Source: Macrostomum lignano
Taxonomy: Eukaryota
Length of the DNA stretch: 55,648 nucleotides
Assembly: GCA_002269645.1 (NCBI GenBank)
Contig: NIVC01001538.1
Coordinates: forward strand, 1 to 55,648
Direction of reading: 5' to 3'
Numbering within the stretch: the first letter of the stretch is position 1; the number at the start of each line of letters is the position of its first letter. Below the pieces are notes generated by a model. The model did not search any database. It was not told the origin of the DNA and was given only the letters and a program-made list of their open reading frames with translations. Below, piece after piece: positions 23,896 to 36,300 of this stretch. The position numbers and the translations under genes were made by a program.

Positions 23896-24328
23896 ATATT
23901 CGAAATCAACAGAGCGGAGGTGTGAGAGATTTTTTGAAAAGTTTCCCAACAAAATCTCGCTTATTTATGCCTGTTTTCAGCCGAAAATGACTCAGTCCAT
24001 TGAGGTGTCTCCAAGCGAAAAATCTCACACCTCACATTTTAGCTTTTAGCTTTTAACTATTGTCTTTACTGGATTTTTCAATTAGAAATCATCTATACAA
24101 AAAAGCAGTCACAAAAAAATTGAAATATTTTATCAAAGCTACACTTAGTGGCAGCGCAGAGCAGACATACTGAATTTTATTTTTTAAGTGGTTGATCGTC
24201 GCTATGGAAACAAAACCAGAGTGCGTTAAACAAGACGTATGGAATTTTAGAAGAAATAAATTTTTGGCACAATATATGCACTACATACATGATTACTAGT
24301 AGTCAAAGAGGGACATTTCAAGCGGCAG

Positions 24329-26724
24329 TTAATCGCTGATGGGGGGCAGGCTGCCTTTGTACATCACGCTAGGCGTTCCGCGAATTCCGTCGAGTCCGGT
24401 CACGCGAAAAATGCTGCCGGCCTGCGGGTGGACGGTGAAGCTTCACACAAGCTTAACAAAGACACAAGCTCAACAAAGACACAAGCTCAACAAAGACACA
24501 AGCTCAACAAAGACACAAGCTCAACAAAGACACAAGCTCAACAAAGACACAAGCTCAACAAAGACACAAGCTCTACAAAGACATCAGCTTAACAAAGACA
24601 CAAGCTCAACAAAGACACAAGCTCAACAAAGACACAAGCTCAACAAAGACACAAGCTCAACAAAGACACAAGCTCAACAAAGACACAAGCTCAACAAAGA
24701 CGCTTGCAAGCTGAACAAAGATCGACATAAGCTCAACAAAGACACAAGCTCAACAAAGACACAAGCTCAACAAAGACACAAGCTCGACAAAGACACAAGC
24801 TCAACAAAGACACAAGCTCAACAAAGACACAAGCTCAACAAAGACACAAGCTCAACAAAGACACAAGCTCAACAAAGACACAAGCTCAACAAAGACACAA
24901 GCTCAACAAAGACACAAGCTCGACAAAGACACAAGCTCAACAAAGACACAAGCTCAACAAAGACGCTTGCAAGCTGAACAAAGATCGACATAAGCTCAAC
25001 AAAGACACAAGCTCAACAAAGACACAAGCTCAATAAAGACACAAGCTCAACAAAGACACAAGCTCAACAAAGACACAAGCTCAACAAAGACACAAGCTCA
25101 ACAAAGACACAAGCTCAACAAAGACACAAGCTCAACAAAGATCGACACAAGCTCAACAAAGATCGACACAAGCTCAACAAAGACACAAACTCAACAAACA
25201 CACACATATCAAAAAAGAACACAGGGAACCAAGAAAACCATTCAAACCCACCCAGAGCCCGTCACACAATCGATTTCATGTAAAAACCACAACACGCACC
25301 TGCGGAGGCGGCTGCTCTCCATCGCGCACACCCCATTGGTTGGCGGTGGTCACAAACAGCTCTCCGTCCGACCCGAAGCAGCAAGACGTCACGTTGGGCA
25401 CAGGCATGGGGATCTGGCTGACCACCTGGCCACTCTGCGGGTCCAGGCACAGAACCCGCGAGCCGTAAAAGCAGGCCACCCACAGCCGCCCATCTGCATC
25501 CACAGCCAGACCGTCCGGAAACCCGAGCTTCTCCTGCTCGGGCAGCTTTGAGAAATCGATAGCAACTCGCCGATTCGAGATGCTGAACCCCTCAGCGTCC
25601 CAGTCATAAGCGTAGATGGTTCGGACGGGTGAGTCGGTGAAGTAGAACGTGTTGCCATGCCAGCCCAAGCCGTTGCTAAGTGAAACTCCCGTCTCCATCG
25701 TCTTGATGGAGCCACCCAAGTCAAGGCCGAACAGGCTGCCAGCGTTCGGTTTCATAATGGCGCCAGCGTTCGTCTCCAGGCTCATCGTGCCGGCCAGGAG
25801 GCGTCCGGCTGGGTCGCATTTGGCGTCGTTGAACCTGCGGAAGTTTCGTCAGTTAATCACAGCTCTTTGATGCCTCATCATGACGTCATCCTACGTCTTT
25901 AACGTCGTCGTAAACTAATCAGGGCACCTACTAGCTAAAAAGACCTGTCGGGCTTTTTGAGAAACGTTTGTGCTGCTCGAAAGCAGTTAGTCGAACTTTA
26001 ATTAGTGGCTTAACGAACGTAACTATTGGATTGACGCTTGGTGGAGAACCGGTCTTGATGGCGTACTTCTAGCGACATTGTCACACAATGCGTGAGAGGC
26101 ATTGCTGCCCATTCCGCCGACTCCCCTGAGCAGGCACACAAGCGCGCAGTACGCAGTCATACGCACAGGCACACACTCACACAGGAGTGTACAGCGGCCC
26201 TGACTTTATTTATCGTTAGGCATGTACACTTCACTGTGCCTTGGGGGTTGGCCCTCAAGCTGGGCATTAATTGCACGAGCAGAGCCAGGCCGAAATTCCA
26301 ATTCAGCCCCAAATTAATGTGACTGCACTTAGAATCGAGCCTGGGCCGCTGGCACACCAGAGCGCCGCATTGGACCACTAGGCTACATCGCTCTCACACT
26401 GCCAACCCACCTGTTCGACAGTCCGGGATCTACTTCGTGCAGCACTCGACGCTTCAGCTCTCCAGCCTGCCAGTCGCAATGCACGATGCTCTTGCTGGCC
26501 CCAGCTAGAAAGCCGCCACTCTGACACGGGATGACGAAGCTCACAGGCTGCTCGCTCACCTTGACAGTGCTGTGATAATTATTCGGCTCATTCCACAGGT
26601 GCACCTCGCCTTCGAAGATGCTGACGAAGTACAAAGTCTTGGTGACCGGCTCCCAGAATGGACCTTCGCTTAGGGATTTGGCTACGGAGTCCAACAGACA
26701 GTTCACTGTGTAGTTTGAAGACAT
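24329..26724 (-). CDS. RGN: SMP-30/regucalcin/gluconolactonase (SGL family) paralog A; exons 26411-26724, 25300-25834, 24329-24421 (313 aa)
   Basis: Motifs EGPFW, RFNDAKCDPAGR, SNGLGW, YFTDS, PDGLAVDADGRLWVA, VTSCCFG and C-terminal AGSIFRVTGL. GT-AG junctions are in consistent phase (314+535+93 = 942 nt). Confidence 0.93.
24445..25200. repeat. 17 bp minisatellite (acaaagacacaagctca) in intron 2 of paralog A
   Basis: About 40 near-perfect copies. Confidence 0.95.
26080..26388 (-). mobile_element. tRNA-derived SINE, 3'-truncated copy in intron 1 of paralog A
   Basis: Reverse-complement homology to 29316-29687. The head has A-box-like tagcctagtgg and B-box-like ggctcgattc. Confidence 0.8.
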
Positions 26725-27269
26725 TTTTATAGCTTATGTTGAGCTCTGAAATGGTTTCGAATTTATCATTTTTGACCAACTTGGCAGCGGATTAACAATC
26801 TAGAGGTTCAAAAAACGCATTTCTAGTTAACATAAGACTTTAGAGCAGAGAATAACCGTGACACTAAACAATATATGGTGATTTAAGATCACGGGTTGTT
26901 GGTCCTCTGAAGCTGATGCTGACCTTGGAAGAAACTACTAAAAGTTATAAAAAACAGTTTTAAATTCTTCATAAGGAACTTACAGACTACTAGCAATTTA
27001 ACAATGCATGTAAAATTAGATTTTTTCAAAAACTGCATTAATTCGATTATTAAAATTGTTATTTTGCTTATTAGCAAGCGATTTTTAGTGGCGTAGAAAA
27101 TGGTTCACTATTTTATACATTTCATACGCTTTAATCCAATCATAACAAATAAGGACTGCCTTGTAAATACATAAAGATATTTGGTAAATCGTTAAATATG
27201 CAAAACTTCCTACTTATAAATATATTGTTTATCAGTAGTAGTCTAAGAGGGACAATTCTAGCGGTGCAG

Positions 27270-28903
27270 TTAATCGCTGATGGGGGGCAGGCTGCCTTTG
27301 TACATCACGCTGGGCGTTCCGCGAATTCCGTCCAGTCCGGTCACGCGGAAGACGCTGCCGGCCTGCGGGTGGACGGCGGAGCAGCAGAGCAGTCGACACT
27401 TCGAACACAGAATATTAAACCCGGACTGAGGGAGTCACAAAGACACAAGCTCATCAGACACAAGCTCATCAGACACAAGCTCATCAGACACAAGCTCATC
27501 AGACACAAGCTCATCAGACACAAGCTCAACAAAGACACAAGCTCAACAGACACAAGCTCATCAGACACAAGCTCAACAAAGACACAAGCTCATCAGACAC
27601 AAGCTCAACAAAGACACAAGCTCAACAGACACAAGCTCAACAAAGACACAAGCTCAACAGACACAAGCTCAACAAAGACACAAGCTCAACAGACACAAGC
27701 TCATCAGACACAAGCTCAACAAAGACACAAGCTCAACAAAGACACAAGCTCATCAGACACAAGCTGATCAGACACAAGCTCATCAGACACAAGCTCATCA
27801 GACACAAGCTCAACAAAGACACAAACTCAACAAAGCACAACACAAGCTCAACAGAGACAAACTGAACAAAGACCAAACAACCCATATCCAAAAAACACAG
27901 ATAACTAACCGAACCATACGAACGCACCCACACAACAAACCCAAACCCACAATCGATTTCATGTAAAAACCACAACACGCACCTGCGGAGGCGGCTGCTC
28001 TCCCTCGCGCACACCCCAGTGGTTGGCGGTGGTCACAAACAGCTCTCCGTCCGACCCAAAGCAGCAGGAGGTCACGTTGGGCACAGGCATGGGGATCTGG
28101 CTGACCACTTGGCCACTCTGCGGGTCCAGGCACAGAACCCGCGAGCCGAAGAAGCAGGCCACCCACAGCCGCCCGTCCGCATCCACAGCCAGACCGTCCG
28201 GCACGCCGAGCTTCTCCTGCTCGGGCAGCTTCGCGAAGTCGATAGCAACTCGCCGATTTGAGATGCTGAACCCCTCAGCGTCCCAGTCGTAGGCGTAGAT
28301 GACTCGAGCGAGCGAGTCGGTGAAGTAGAACGTGTTGCCATGCCAGCCTAAGCCGTTGCTGATTGAAAATCCCGTGTCCAGTCTCTTGATGGAGCCGTCC
28401 AGGTCAAGGCCGAACAGGCTGCCAGCTTCAGGCTTCATCAACACGGCGGCCTCCTTCTCCCAGCTCATCGTGCCGGCCAGGAGGCGGCCAGCTGGGTCGC
28501 ATTTGGCATCGTTGAATCTGAGCAATGGTTATATCAGTGAATCATCAATGAAGCTTTCGCTCATTCGCAATTTAATTCACACCTGATTGGCTCCTGAGGA
28601 TCTACTTCGCGCAGCACTCGACGTTTCAGCTCTCCAGCCTGCCAGTCGCAGTGCACGATGGTGTTGTTGATGCCAGCTAGGAAACCACCACTCTGACAGG
28701 GGATGACGAAGCTGACACAGCTGCCCTGCTTTTCGGTCACCTGGATGGTGCTGTGGTAATTATTCGGCTCACTCCACAGGTGAACTGCGCCGTCAAAGGC
28801 GCTAACAAAGTACAGTCTTGGTGACGGGCTCCCAGAAGGGACCTTCGCCTACGGTTTTGGCTACAGAGTCCAACAAACAGTTTACTGTGTAGTTTGAAGG
28901 CAT
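27270..28903 (-). pseudogene. RGN: SMP-30/regucalcin paralog B; exons 28583-28903, 27983-28517, 27270-27362; 2 bp deletion in exon 1
   Basis: Same exon structure and motifs as paralog A. Near 28813 it reads gtacagtcttgg where paralog C has gtacagagtcttgg, giving a frameshift and early TAG. This could be a real lesion or an assembly error. Confidence 0.8.
27440..27860. repeat. 15/17 bp minisatellite (tcagacacaagctca / acaaagacacaagctca) in intron 2 of paralog B
   Basis: A mixed tandem array related to the one in paralog A. Confidence 0.92.
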
Positions 28904-29100
28904 TTTTATGACCTTTAGCAAGCTCTGATCAGCTCTGGAACCACGACTGCTATTCAATGAAGAATTAATTTATGCAGAGTAAAATGTCTGCAAGACAGTC
29001 CCATATAGAAACGCTTGTTCAGTCAGATTAGATAAAGCTTTAAGACTCAACTAGCTTTCATAGGTGTGGTGGCTAAATCTACGACTTTAACTGCGACGCG

Positions 29101-29215
29101 AAAATGCAGATAAAACCAAATCTGCGACATGCTTAGCACCCTGGAGACAAAAATGCAGATAAAACCAAATCTGAGACATGCTTAGGACGCTGGAGACAAA
29201 AATGCAGATAAAACT
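29101..29215. repeat. 49 bp tandem duplication (aaaatgcagataaaaccaaatctg...ggagaca), ~2.3 copies
   Basis: Read directly. Confidence 0.8.
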
Positions 29216-29315
29216 TGGCTTCGAAAATTATTTTACACAAAGGTATGCAAAACAGGGTTCCTGCTGCTTGGTTGAAGTTTCATTATTTTGACTTTCAGAC
29301 ACCCTTATACCCTAA

Positions 29316-29687
29316 GGCTGTAGCCAAGTGGTCTGGCGCGGCGCATTGATGTGCCAGCGGCCCAGGCTCGATTCCAAGTGCAGTCACATTCATTTGGGGC
29401 TAATTGGAATCTCGGCTTGGCTCTGCTCGTGCAATTAACGGCCTTGAGGGCCAACCCCCCAAGGCGCAGTGAAGTGTACATGCCTAACGATAAATAAAGT
29501 CAGGGCCGCTGTACACTCCTGTGTGAGTGTGTGCCTGTGCGTATGACTGCGTTCGTATTGGCGCGCTTGTGTGCCTGCTCAGGGGAGTCGGCGGAATGGG
29601 CAGTAATGCCTCTCGCCGGTTGTGCGACAATGTCGCTTGAAGTGCGCCAGGGTGCACACTGCCCTTGCCTCTAATAAAAATAAAAAA
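29316..29687 (+). mobile_element. tRNA-derived SINE, apparently full length (~370 bp)
   Basis: The head ggctgtagccaagtgg...ggctcgattccaagtgcagtca has a pairable acceptor stem (ggctgta/tgcagtc) and Pol III A/B boxes. The body is shared with two other copies. A-rich tail: ctaataaaaataaaaaa. Confidence 0.85.
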
Positions 29688-30124
29688 CAACCCACATCCC
29701 AGCCAAAGCACAGAGTGTACATGTCTGAAGATTAGAAAATCAGCGCCACTGTACACACCGTGTGAGCGTGTTTATGAGTGCGTGCCTGTACAGTATTGGT
29801 GAGCTTGTACTCATGAGGTCAGAAGTGAGCGGACTGGCTGAGGGACGATGTCGCGGAAAGCATATGCAGGATGCCACAGCGGTCCTGCAAAAATTATCAT
29901 TATAACAAACAGCTGCTATTCCACAGTACAATTTCATAAAGTTGCTTTTTTATGGTTTTAGTAATGCGTTAAATTCTCAAAAATTTTTCACTGCGCGTCA
30001 AAAACAATTTGATCTGCGAAGTACTTGAACTGATCAAAACAAGTCGTTGATTACAGATTATTGGAAAATTGTGTCAGTTGTTGCACAGCTAGTGGATATT
30101 AGTACGAGCTTATACAGAGAGTCC

Positions 30125-30405
30125 TAAACCTAAACCATAAACCCTAACTTACCTAAACCATAAACCATAAACCCTAACCTGAACCCTAAACCACAACCTA
30201 AATTATAAACTCTAAACAAAACCCTAAACCCTAACCCTAAACCACAACCTAAATTATAAACTCTAACCAAAACCCTAAACCCTAACCCTAAACCCTGACC
30301 TAAACCATAAACCTAAACCCTAAACCCCAACCTAAACCGTAACCTAAATGGAAAACCTAACCTGAACATAAAACCCTAATCTAAGCTAAACCCTAACATA
30401 AACCG
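30125..30405. repeat. Degenerate telomere-like (CCCTAA-related) tract
   Basis: Repeated aaaccctaa / aaaccataa / cctaaacc units. Confidence 0.75.
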
Positions 30406-30862
30406 TAGTCAAAAGTCAAAAAGGATCCCCTGACTAGACACAATTCTGGTAGACTTCTTTAAACTAGTACTTTAAGTATTTATTAAGGACACAAATAATC
30501 TAAATATGCTAAAAGTATTAATAAATGTTGTCTTGAAAGGTAACACAGTTAAAGACGCGCTTATTGTGCATTTCTCAACAGATATATATTGAACTTGCAT
30601 CCAATTCAATAATAAGTTGATCTTCACCGATCAATAATTTCCTGGTTGAATTCAACTCAAAACAGAAACACTAAACATAGAATAAACATGGTTTTCCTAT
30701 AAAAATGAGAAAATCACAAAGCATTAGGCTATATTTGCATGACTTGACTGTGAAGTTATAAAAAATCCAAGTTTTTGGCATAAAATACGCACTACTTATT
30801 GTTTATGCTCGTAATTATTATGTTCATCAGTAGTAGTCTAAGAGGGACAATTCTAGCAGCAG

Positions 30863-32858
30863 TTAATCGCTAATGGGGGGCAGGCTGCCTTTGTACATCA
30901 CGCTGGGCGTTCCGCGAATTCCGTCCAGTCCGGTCACGCGGAAGACGCTGCCGGCCTGCGGGTGGGACGGCGGAGCTTCACGTTTGACATGCGACCAGCC
31001 AGTACTCAACTTGTCAGTGAGTGGTGTCTTCGGATTATTTCGTTTAACCCTTTTAATCCTTTAAGACAACCTTTAAATCTTAATTTTACACACAAAGACA
31101 CACCTAGAGAATGGCACTCATCGACAAAGACACGCCTAGATAAAAATACACCGTAGCAAAGACAGACCGTAACAAAGACACTCCTCGACACAGATCCACC
31201 TCGACAAAGACATTCTTCGACAAGACAAGCCTTGGCAAACACACATCTCGATAAAGACATTTCTCAATGGACACCACGACAAAGATACTCCTCGATAGAC
31301 ACCCTCGACAAAGATACTCCTTGATAGACACCATGACAAAGACACCCTTGATAGACACCGTGACAAAGACACTCCTTGATAGACACCGTGACCGTGACAT
31401 AGACACTCCTCCACAAAGACACTCCTCGACAAAAAAATCCTCCATAGACACTCCTTGACAAAGACACTCCTCGACAAAGACACTCCTCGACAAAGACACT
31501 CCTCGACAAAGACACTTCTCGACAAAGACACTCCTCGACAAAGAGACTCCTCGACAAAGGCACTCCTCCACAGACACAGACACAACTCAAAAATGACACA
31601 CCTCGATAGACACCTCAAGAAAGACACGTCGAATATAACACACATGAAGGGACGCAAAAGCCGCAAATACACGAATTAACCCACCTGCGGAGGCGGCTGC
31701 TCTCCCTCGCGCACACCCCAGTGGTTGGCGGTGGTCACAAACAGCTCTCCGTCCGACCCAAAGCAGCAGGAGGTCACGTTGGGCACAGGCATGGGGATCT
31801 GGCTGACCACCTGCCCACTCTGCGGGTCCAGGCACAGAACCCGCGAGCCGAAGAAGCAGGCCACCCACAGCCGCCCATCTGCGTCCACAGCCAGACCGTC
31901 CGGCACGCCGAGCTTCTCCTGCTCGGGCAGCTTCGAGAAGTCGATGGCAACTCGCCGATTCGAGATGCTGAACGCCTCAGCGTCCCAGTCGTAGGCGTAG
32001 ATGACTCGAGCGACTGAGTCGGTGAAGTAGAACGTGTTGCCATGCCAGCCCAAGCCGTTGCTAAGGGAGAATCCTGTGTCCAGCGTCTTGATGGAGCCGT
32101 CCAGGTCAAGGCCGAACAGGCTGCCAGCACCGGGCTTCATCACTAAGCCAGCCTCTTTTTCCAGGCTCATCGTGCCGGCCAGGAGGCGTCCGGCCGGGTC
32201 GCATTTGGCGTCGTTGAATCTGCGGAAGTTTCGTCAGCAAATACTGAAGTTTTTGACTCTGTACTGTGATGACGTTATCGGAGCATTAATATGATTAAAA
32301 TAGTAAGCGTATATTCGCTAACGATTTCGTCACTTATTGATTGGTTTATGGACATAGAATGTGCATATTACATTTCTGAGTTAAACTAGTGTTAATAGTC
32401 ACCTAATAGGCTCCTGAGGATCTACTTTGTGCAGCACTCGACGTTTCAGCTCTCCAGCCTGCCAGTCGCAGTGCACGATGCTCTTGTTAATTCCGGCTAG
32501 GAAGCCGCCACTCTGGCACGGGATGACAAAGCTGACGAAATTGCCAGGCTGTTCACCCACCTGGAAAATAAGAAATAGATATTCTCAGGAAGGGCTGTAT
32601 GGACACCCTGGTGCAACGCCTTCGGGGACATTGTCCGCCACAACGACGCAGCGCCCAGGCAATTTACGCTGGGCTGGTCTTTGCTCCGCTCACCTGGATG
32701 GTGCTGTGATAATTATTCGGCTCACTCCACAGGTGCACCTCGCCATCAGCGATGCTAACAAAGTACAGAGTCTTGGTGACCGGCTCCCAGAAGGGACCTT
32801 CGCCGCAGGTTTTGGCTACAGAGTCCAACAGACAGTTCACTGTGTAGTTTGAAGACAT
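30863..32858 (-). CDS. RGN: SMP-30/regucalcin paralog C; exons 32694-32858, 32403-32560, 31685-32219, 30863-30955
   Basis: Same motifs as paralog A. Four exons in phase (165+158+535+93 = 951 nt), with one extra 133 bp intron relative to A and B. Confidence 0.92.
31090..31625. repeat. Degenerate ~16-17 bp minisatellite (cgacaaagacactcct) in the last intron of paralog C
   Basis: Shares the acaaagacac core with the arrays in paralogs A and B. Confidence 0.85.
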
Positions 32859-33089
32859 TTTTTGTAGCTCAGCTTGAATCAGCCCTGAAACCGTTAGTCA
32901 GGCAGGCGAGCAGGTTGGCATGTGCTGGCCTACATTAAATACAGTGCCTGTCATTTATCAGATAAGACAAGAGAGCGTAGTTGTACAAGATTTGGTGACT
33001 GCAACTTCCTTTATCTTGGCTGAGAAGGCATTAAATGTTTCGTATACTCGCGTACGAGCGTATAGTCAACAACAGCGCATGACTGCGGG

Positions 33090-33350
33090 CTAGAGGATGA
33101 GAGAGAGGAGAGGAGAGGAGAGGAGAGGCGAAAAGAGTAGACGAGAGGAAAGGAGAGAAGAGGAGAGGATAGGAGAAAAGAGGAGGAGAGGAGAGGAGGG
33201 AAGGCTAAGAGAGTAGAGGAGAAGAGAGTAGAGACAAGAAGAGAGGAGAGAGGAGAGGAGATGAGAGGAGAAGAGAGGAGATGAGAGGAAAGGAAAGAAG
33301 AGAGAGGAGAGGAGATGAGAGAAGAGATGAGGAGAGGAGAGGAGAGGGCT
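33090..33350. repeat. GA-rich (gagag/gagga) low-complexity tract
   Basis: Purine-only stretch that resumes at 36610-36710 after the 32 bp array. Confidence 0.9.
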
Positions 33351-36300
33351 CAATGAGGTTGAGTTGCTGAGATGTCAAGGCTCAATGAGGTTGAGTTGCT
33401 GAGATGTCAAGGCTCAATGAGGTTGAGTTGCTGAGATGTCAAGGCTCCATGAGGTTGAGTTGCTGAGATGTCAAGGCTCCATGAGGTTGAGTTGCTGAGA
33501 TGTCAAGGCTCAATGAGGTTGAGTTGCTGAGATGTCAAGGCTCAATGAGGTTGAGTTGCTGAGATGTCAAGGCTCCATGAGGTTGAGTTGCTGAGATGTC
33601 AAGGCTCAATGAGGTTGAGTTGCTGAGATGTCAAGGCTCAATGAGGTTGAGTTGCTGAGATGTCAAGGCTCAATGAGGTTGAGTTGCTGAGATGTCAAGG
33701 CTCAATGAGGTTGAGTTGCTGAGATGTCAAGGCTCAATGAGGTTGAGTTGCTGAGATGTCAAGGCTCCATGAGGTTGAGTTGCTGAGATGTCAAGGCTCA
33801 ATGAGGTTGAGTTGCTGAGATGTCAAGGCTCCATGAGGTTGAGTTGCTGAGATGTCAAGGCTCAATGAGGTTGAGTTGCTGAGATGTCAAGGCTCAATGA
33901 GGTTGAGTTGCTGAGATGTCAAGGTTCCATGAGGTTGAGTTGCTGAGATGTCAAGGCTCAATGAGGTTGAGTTGCTGAGATGTCAAGGCTCAATGAGGTT
34001 GAGTTGCTGAGATGTCAAGGCTCAATGAGGTTGAGTTGCTGAGATGTCAAGGCTCAATGAGGTTGAGTTGCTGAGATGTCAAGGCTCAATGAGGTTGAGT
34101 TGCTGAGATGTCAAGGCTCAATGAGGTTGAGTTGCTGAGATGTCAAGGTTCCATGAGGTTGAGTTGCTGAGATGTCAAGGCTCAATGAGGTTGAGTTGCT
34201 GAGATGTCAAGGCTCAATGAGGTTGAGTTGCTGAGATGTCAAGGCTCAATGAGGTTGAGTTGCTGAGATGTCAAGGCTCAATGAGGTTGAGTTGCTGAGA
34301 TGTCAAGGCTCAATGAGGTTGAGTTGCTGAGATGTCAAGGCTCAATGAGGTTGAGTTGCTGAGATGTCAAGGCTCAATGAGGTTGAGTTGCTGAGATGTC
34401 AAGGCTCAATGAGGTTGAGTTGCTGAGATGTCAAGGCTCAATGAGGTTGAGTTGCTGAGATGTCAAGGCTCAATGAGGTTGAGTTGCTGAGATGTCAAGG
34501 CTCAATGAGGTTGAGTTGCTGAGATGTCAAGGCTCAATGAGGTTGAGTTGCTGAGATGTCAAGGCTCAATGAGGTTGAGTTGCTGAGATGTCAAGGCTCC
34601 ATGAGGTTGAGTTGCTGAGATGTCAAGGCTCCATGAGGTTGAGTTGCTGAGATGTCAAGGCTCAATGAGGTTGAGTTGCTGAGATGTCAAGGCTCAATGA
34701 GGTTGAGTTGCTGAGATGTCAAGGCTCAATGAGGTTGAGTTGCTGAGATGTCAAGGCTCAATGAGGTTGAGTTGCTGAGATGTCAAGGCTCAATGAGGTT
34801 GAGTTGCTGAGATGTCAAGGCTCAATGAGGTTGAGTTGCTGAGATGTCAAGGCTCAATGAGGTTGAGTTGCTGAGATGTCAAGGCTCAATGAGGTTGAGT
34901 TGCTGAGATGTCAAGGCTCCATGAGGTTGAGTTGCTGAGATGTCAAGGCTCAATGAGGTTGAGTTGCTGAGATGTCAAGGCTCCATGAGGTTGAGTTGCT
35001 GAGATGTCAAGGCTCAATGAGGTTGAGTTGCTGAGATGTCAAGGCTCAATGAGGTTGAGTTGCTGAGATGTCAAGGTTCCATGAGGTTGAGTTGCTGAGA
35101 TGTCAAGGCTCAATGAGGTTGAGTTGCTGAGATGTCAAGGCTCAATGAGGTTGAGTTGCTGAGATGTCAAGGCTCAATGAGGTTGAGTTGCTGAGATGTC
35201 AAGGCTCAATGAGGTTGAGTTGCTGAGATGTCAAGGCTCAATGAGGTTGAGTTGCTGAGATGTCAAGGCTCAATGAGGTTGAGTTGCTGAGATGTCAAGG
35301 CTCAATGAGGTTGAGTTGCTGAGATGTCAAGGCTCCATGAGGTTGAGTTGCTGAGATGTCAAGGCTCAATGAGGTTGAGTTGCTGAGATGTCAAGGCTCC
35401 ATGAGGTTGAGTTGCTGAGATGTCAAGGCTCAATGAGGTTGAGTTGCTGAGATGTCAAGGCTCAATGAGGTTGAGTTGCTGAGATGTCAAGGTTCCATGA
35501 GGTTGAGTTGCTGAGATGTCAAGGCTCAATGAGGTTGAGTTGCTGAGATGTCAAGGCTCAATGAGGTTGAGTTGCTGAGATGTCAAGGCTCAATGAGGTT
35601 GAGTTGCTGAGATGTCAAGGCTCAATGAGGTTGAGTTGCTGAGATGTCAAGGCTCAATGAGGTTGAGTTGCTGAGATGTCAAGGCTCAATGAGGTTGAGT
35701 TGCTGAGATGTCAAGGCTCAATGAGGTTGAGTTGCTGAGATGTCAAGGCTCCATGAGGTTGAGTTGCTGAGATGTCAAGGCTCAATGAGGTTGAGTTGCT
35801 GAGATGTCAAGGCTCCATGAGGTTGAGTTGCTGAGATGTCAAGGCTCAATGAGGTTGAGTTGCTGAGATGTCAAGGCTCAATGAGGTTGAGTTGCTGAGA
35901 TGTCAAGGCTCAATGAGGTTGAGTTGCTGAGATGTCAAGGCTCCATGAGGTTGAGTTGCTGAGATGTCAAGGCTCAATGAGGTTGAGTTGCTGAGATGTC
36001 AAGGCTCCATGAGGTTGAGTTGCTGAGATGTCAAGGCTCAATGAGGTTGAGTTGCTGAGATGTCAAGGCTCAATGAGGTTGAGTTGCTGAGATGTCAAGG
36101 TTCCATGAGGTTGAGTTGCTGAGATGTCAAGGCTCAATGAGGTTGAGTTGCTGAGATGTCAAGGCTCAATGAGGTTGAGTTGCTGAGATGTCAAGGCTCA
36201 ATGAGGTTGAGTTGCTGAGATGTCAAGGCTCCATGAGGTTGAGTTGCTGAGATGTCAAGGCTCCATGAGGTTGAGTTGCTGAGATGTCAAGGCTCCATGA

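Noticed and set aside
24339-24977. Plus-strand 212 aa ORF and similar ORFs at 27198 and 30873
   Set aside because: They are antisense to regucalcin exon 3 plus the intronic minisatellite.
29316-29390. Possible tRNA gene
   Set aside because: The anticodon and T arms are degenerate, and the head is fused to a conserved body and A-tail in three copies, so it is a SINE rather than a tRNA.
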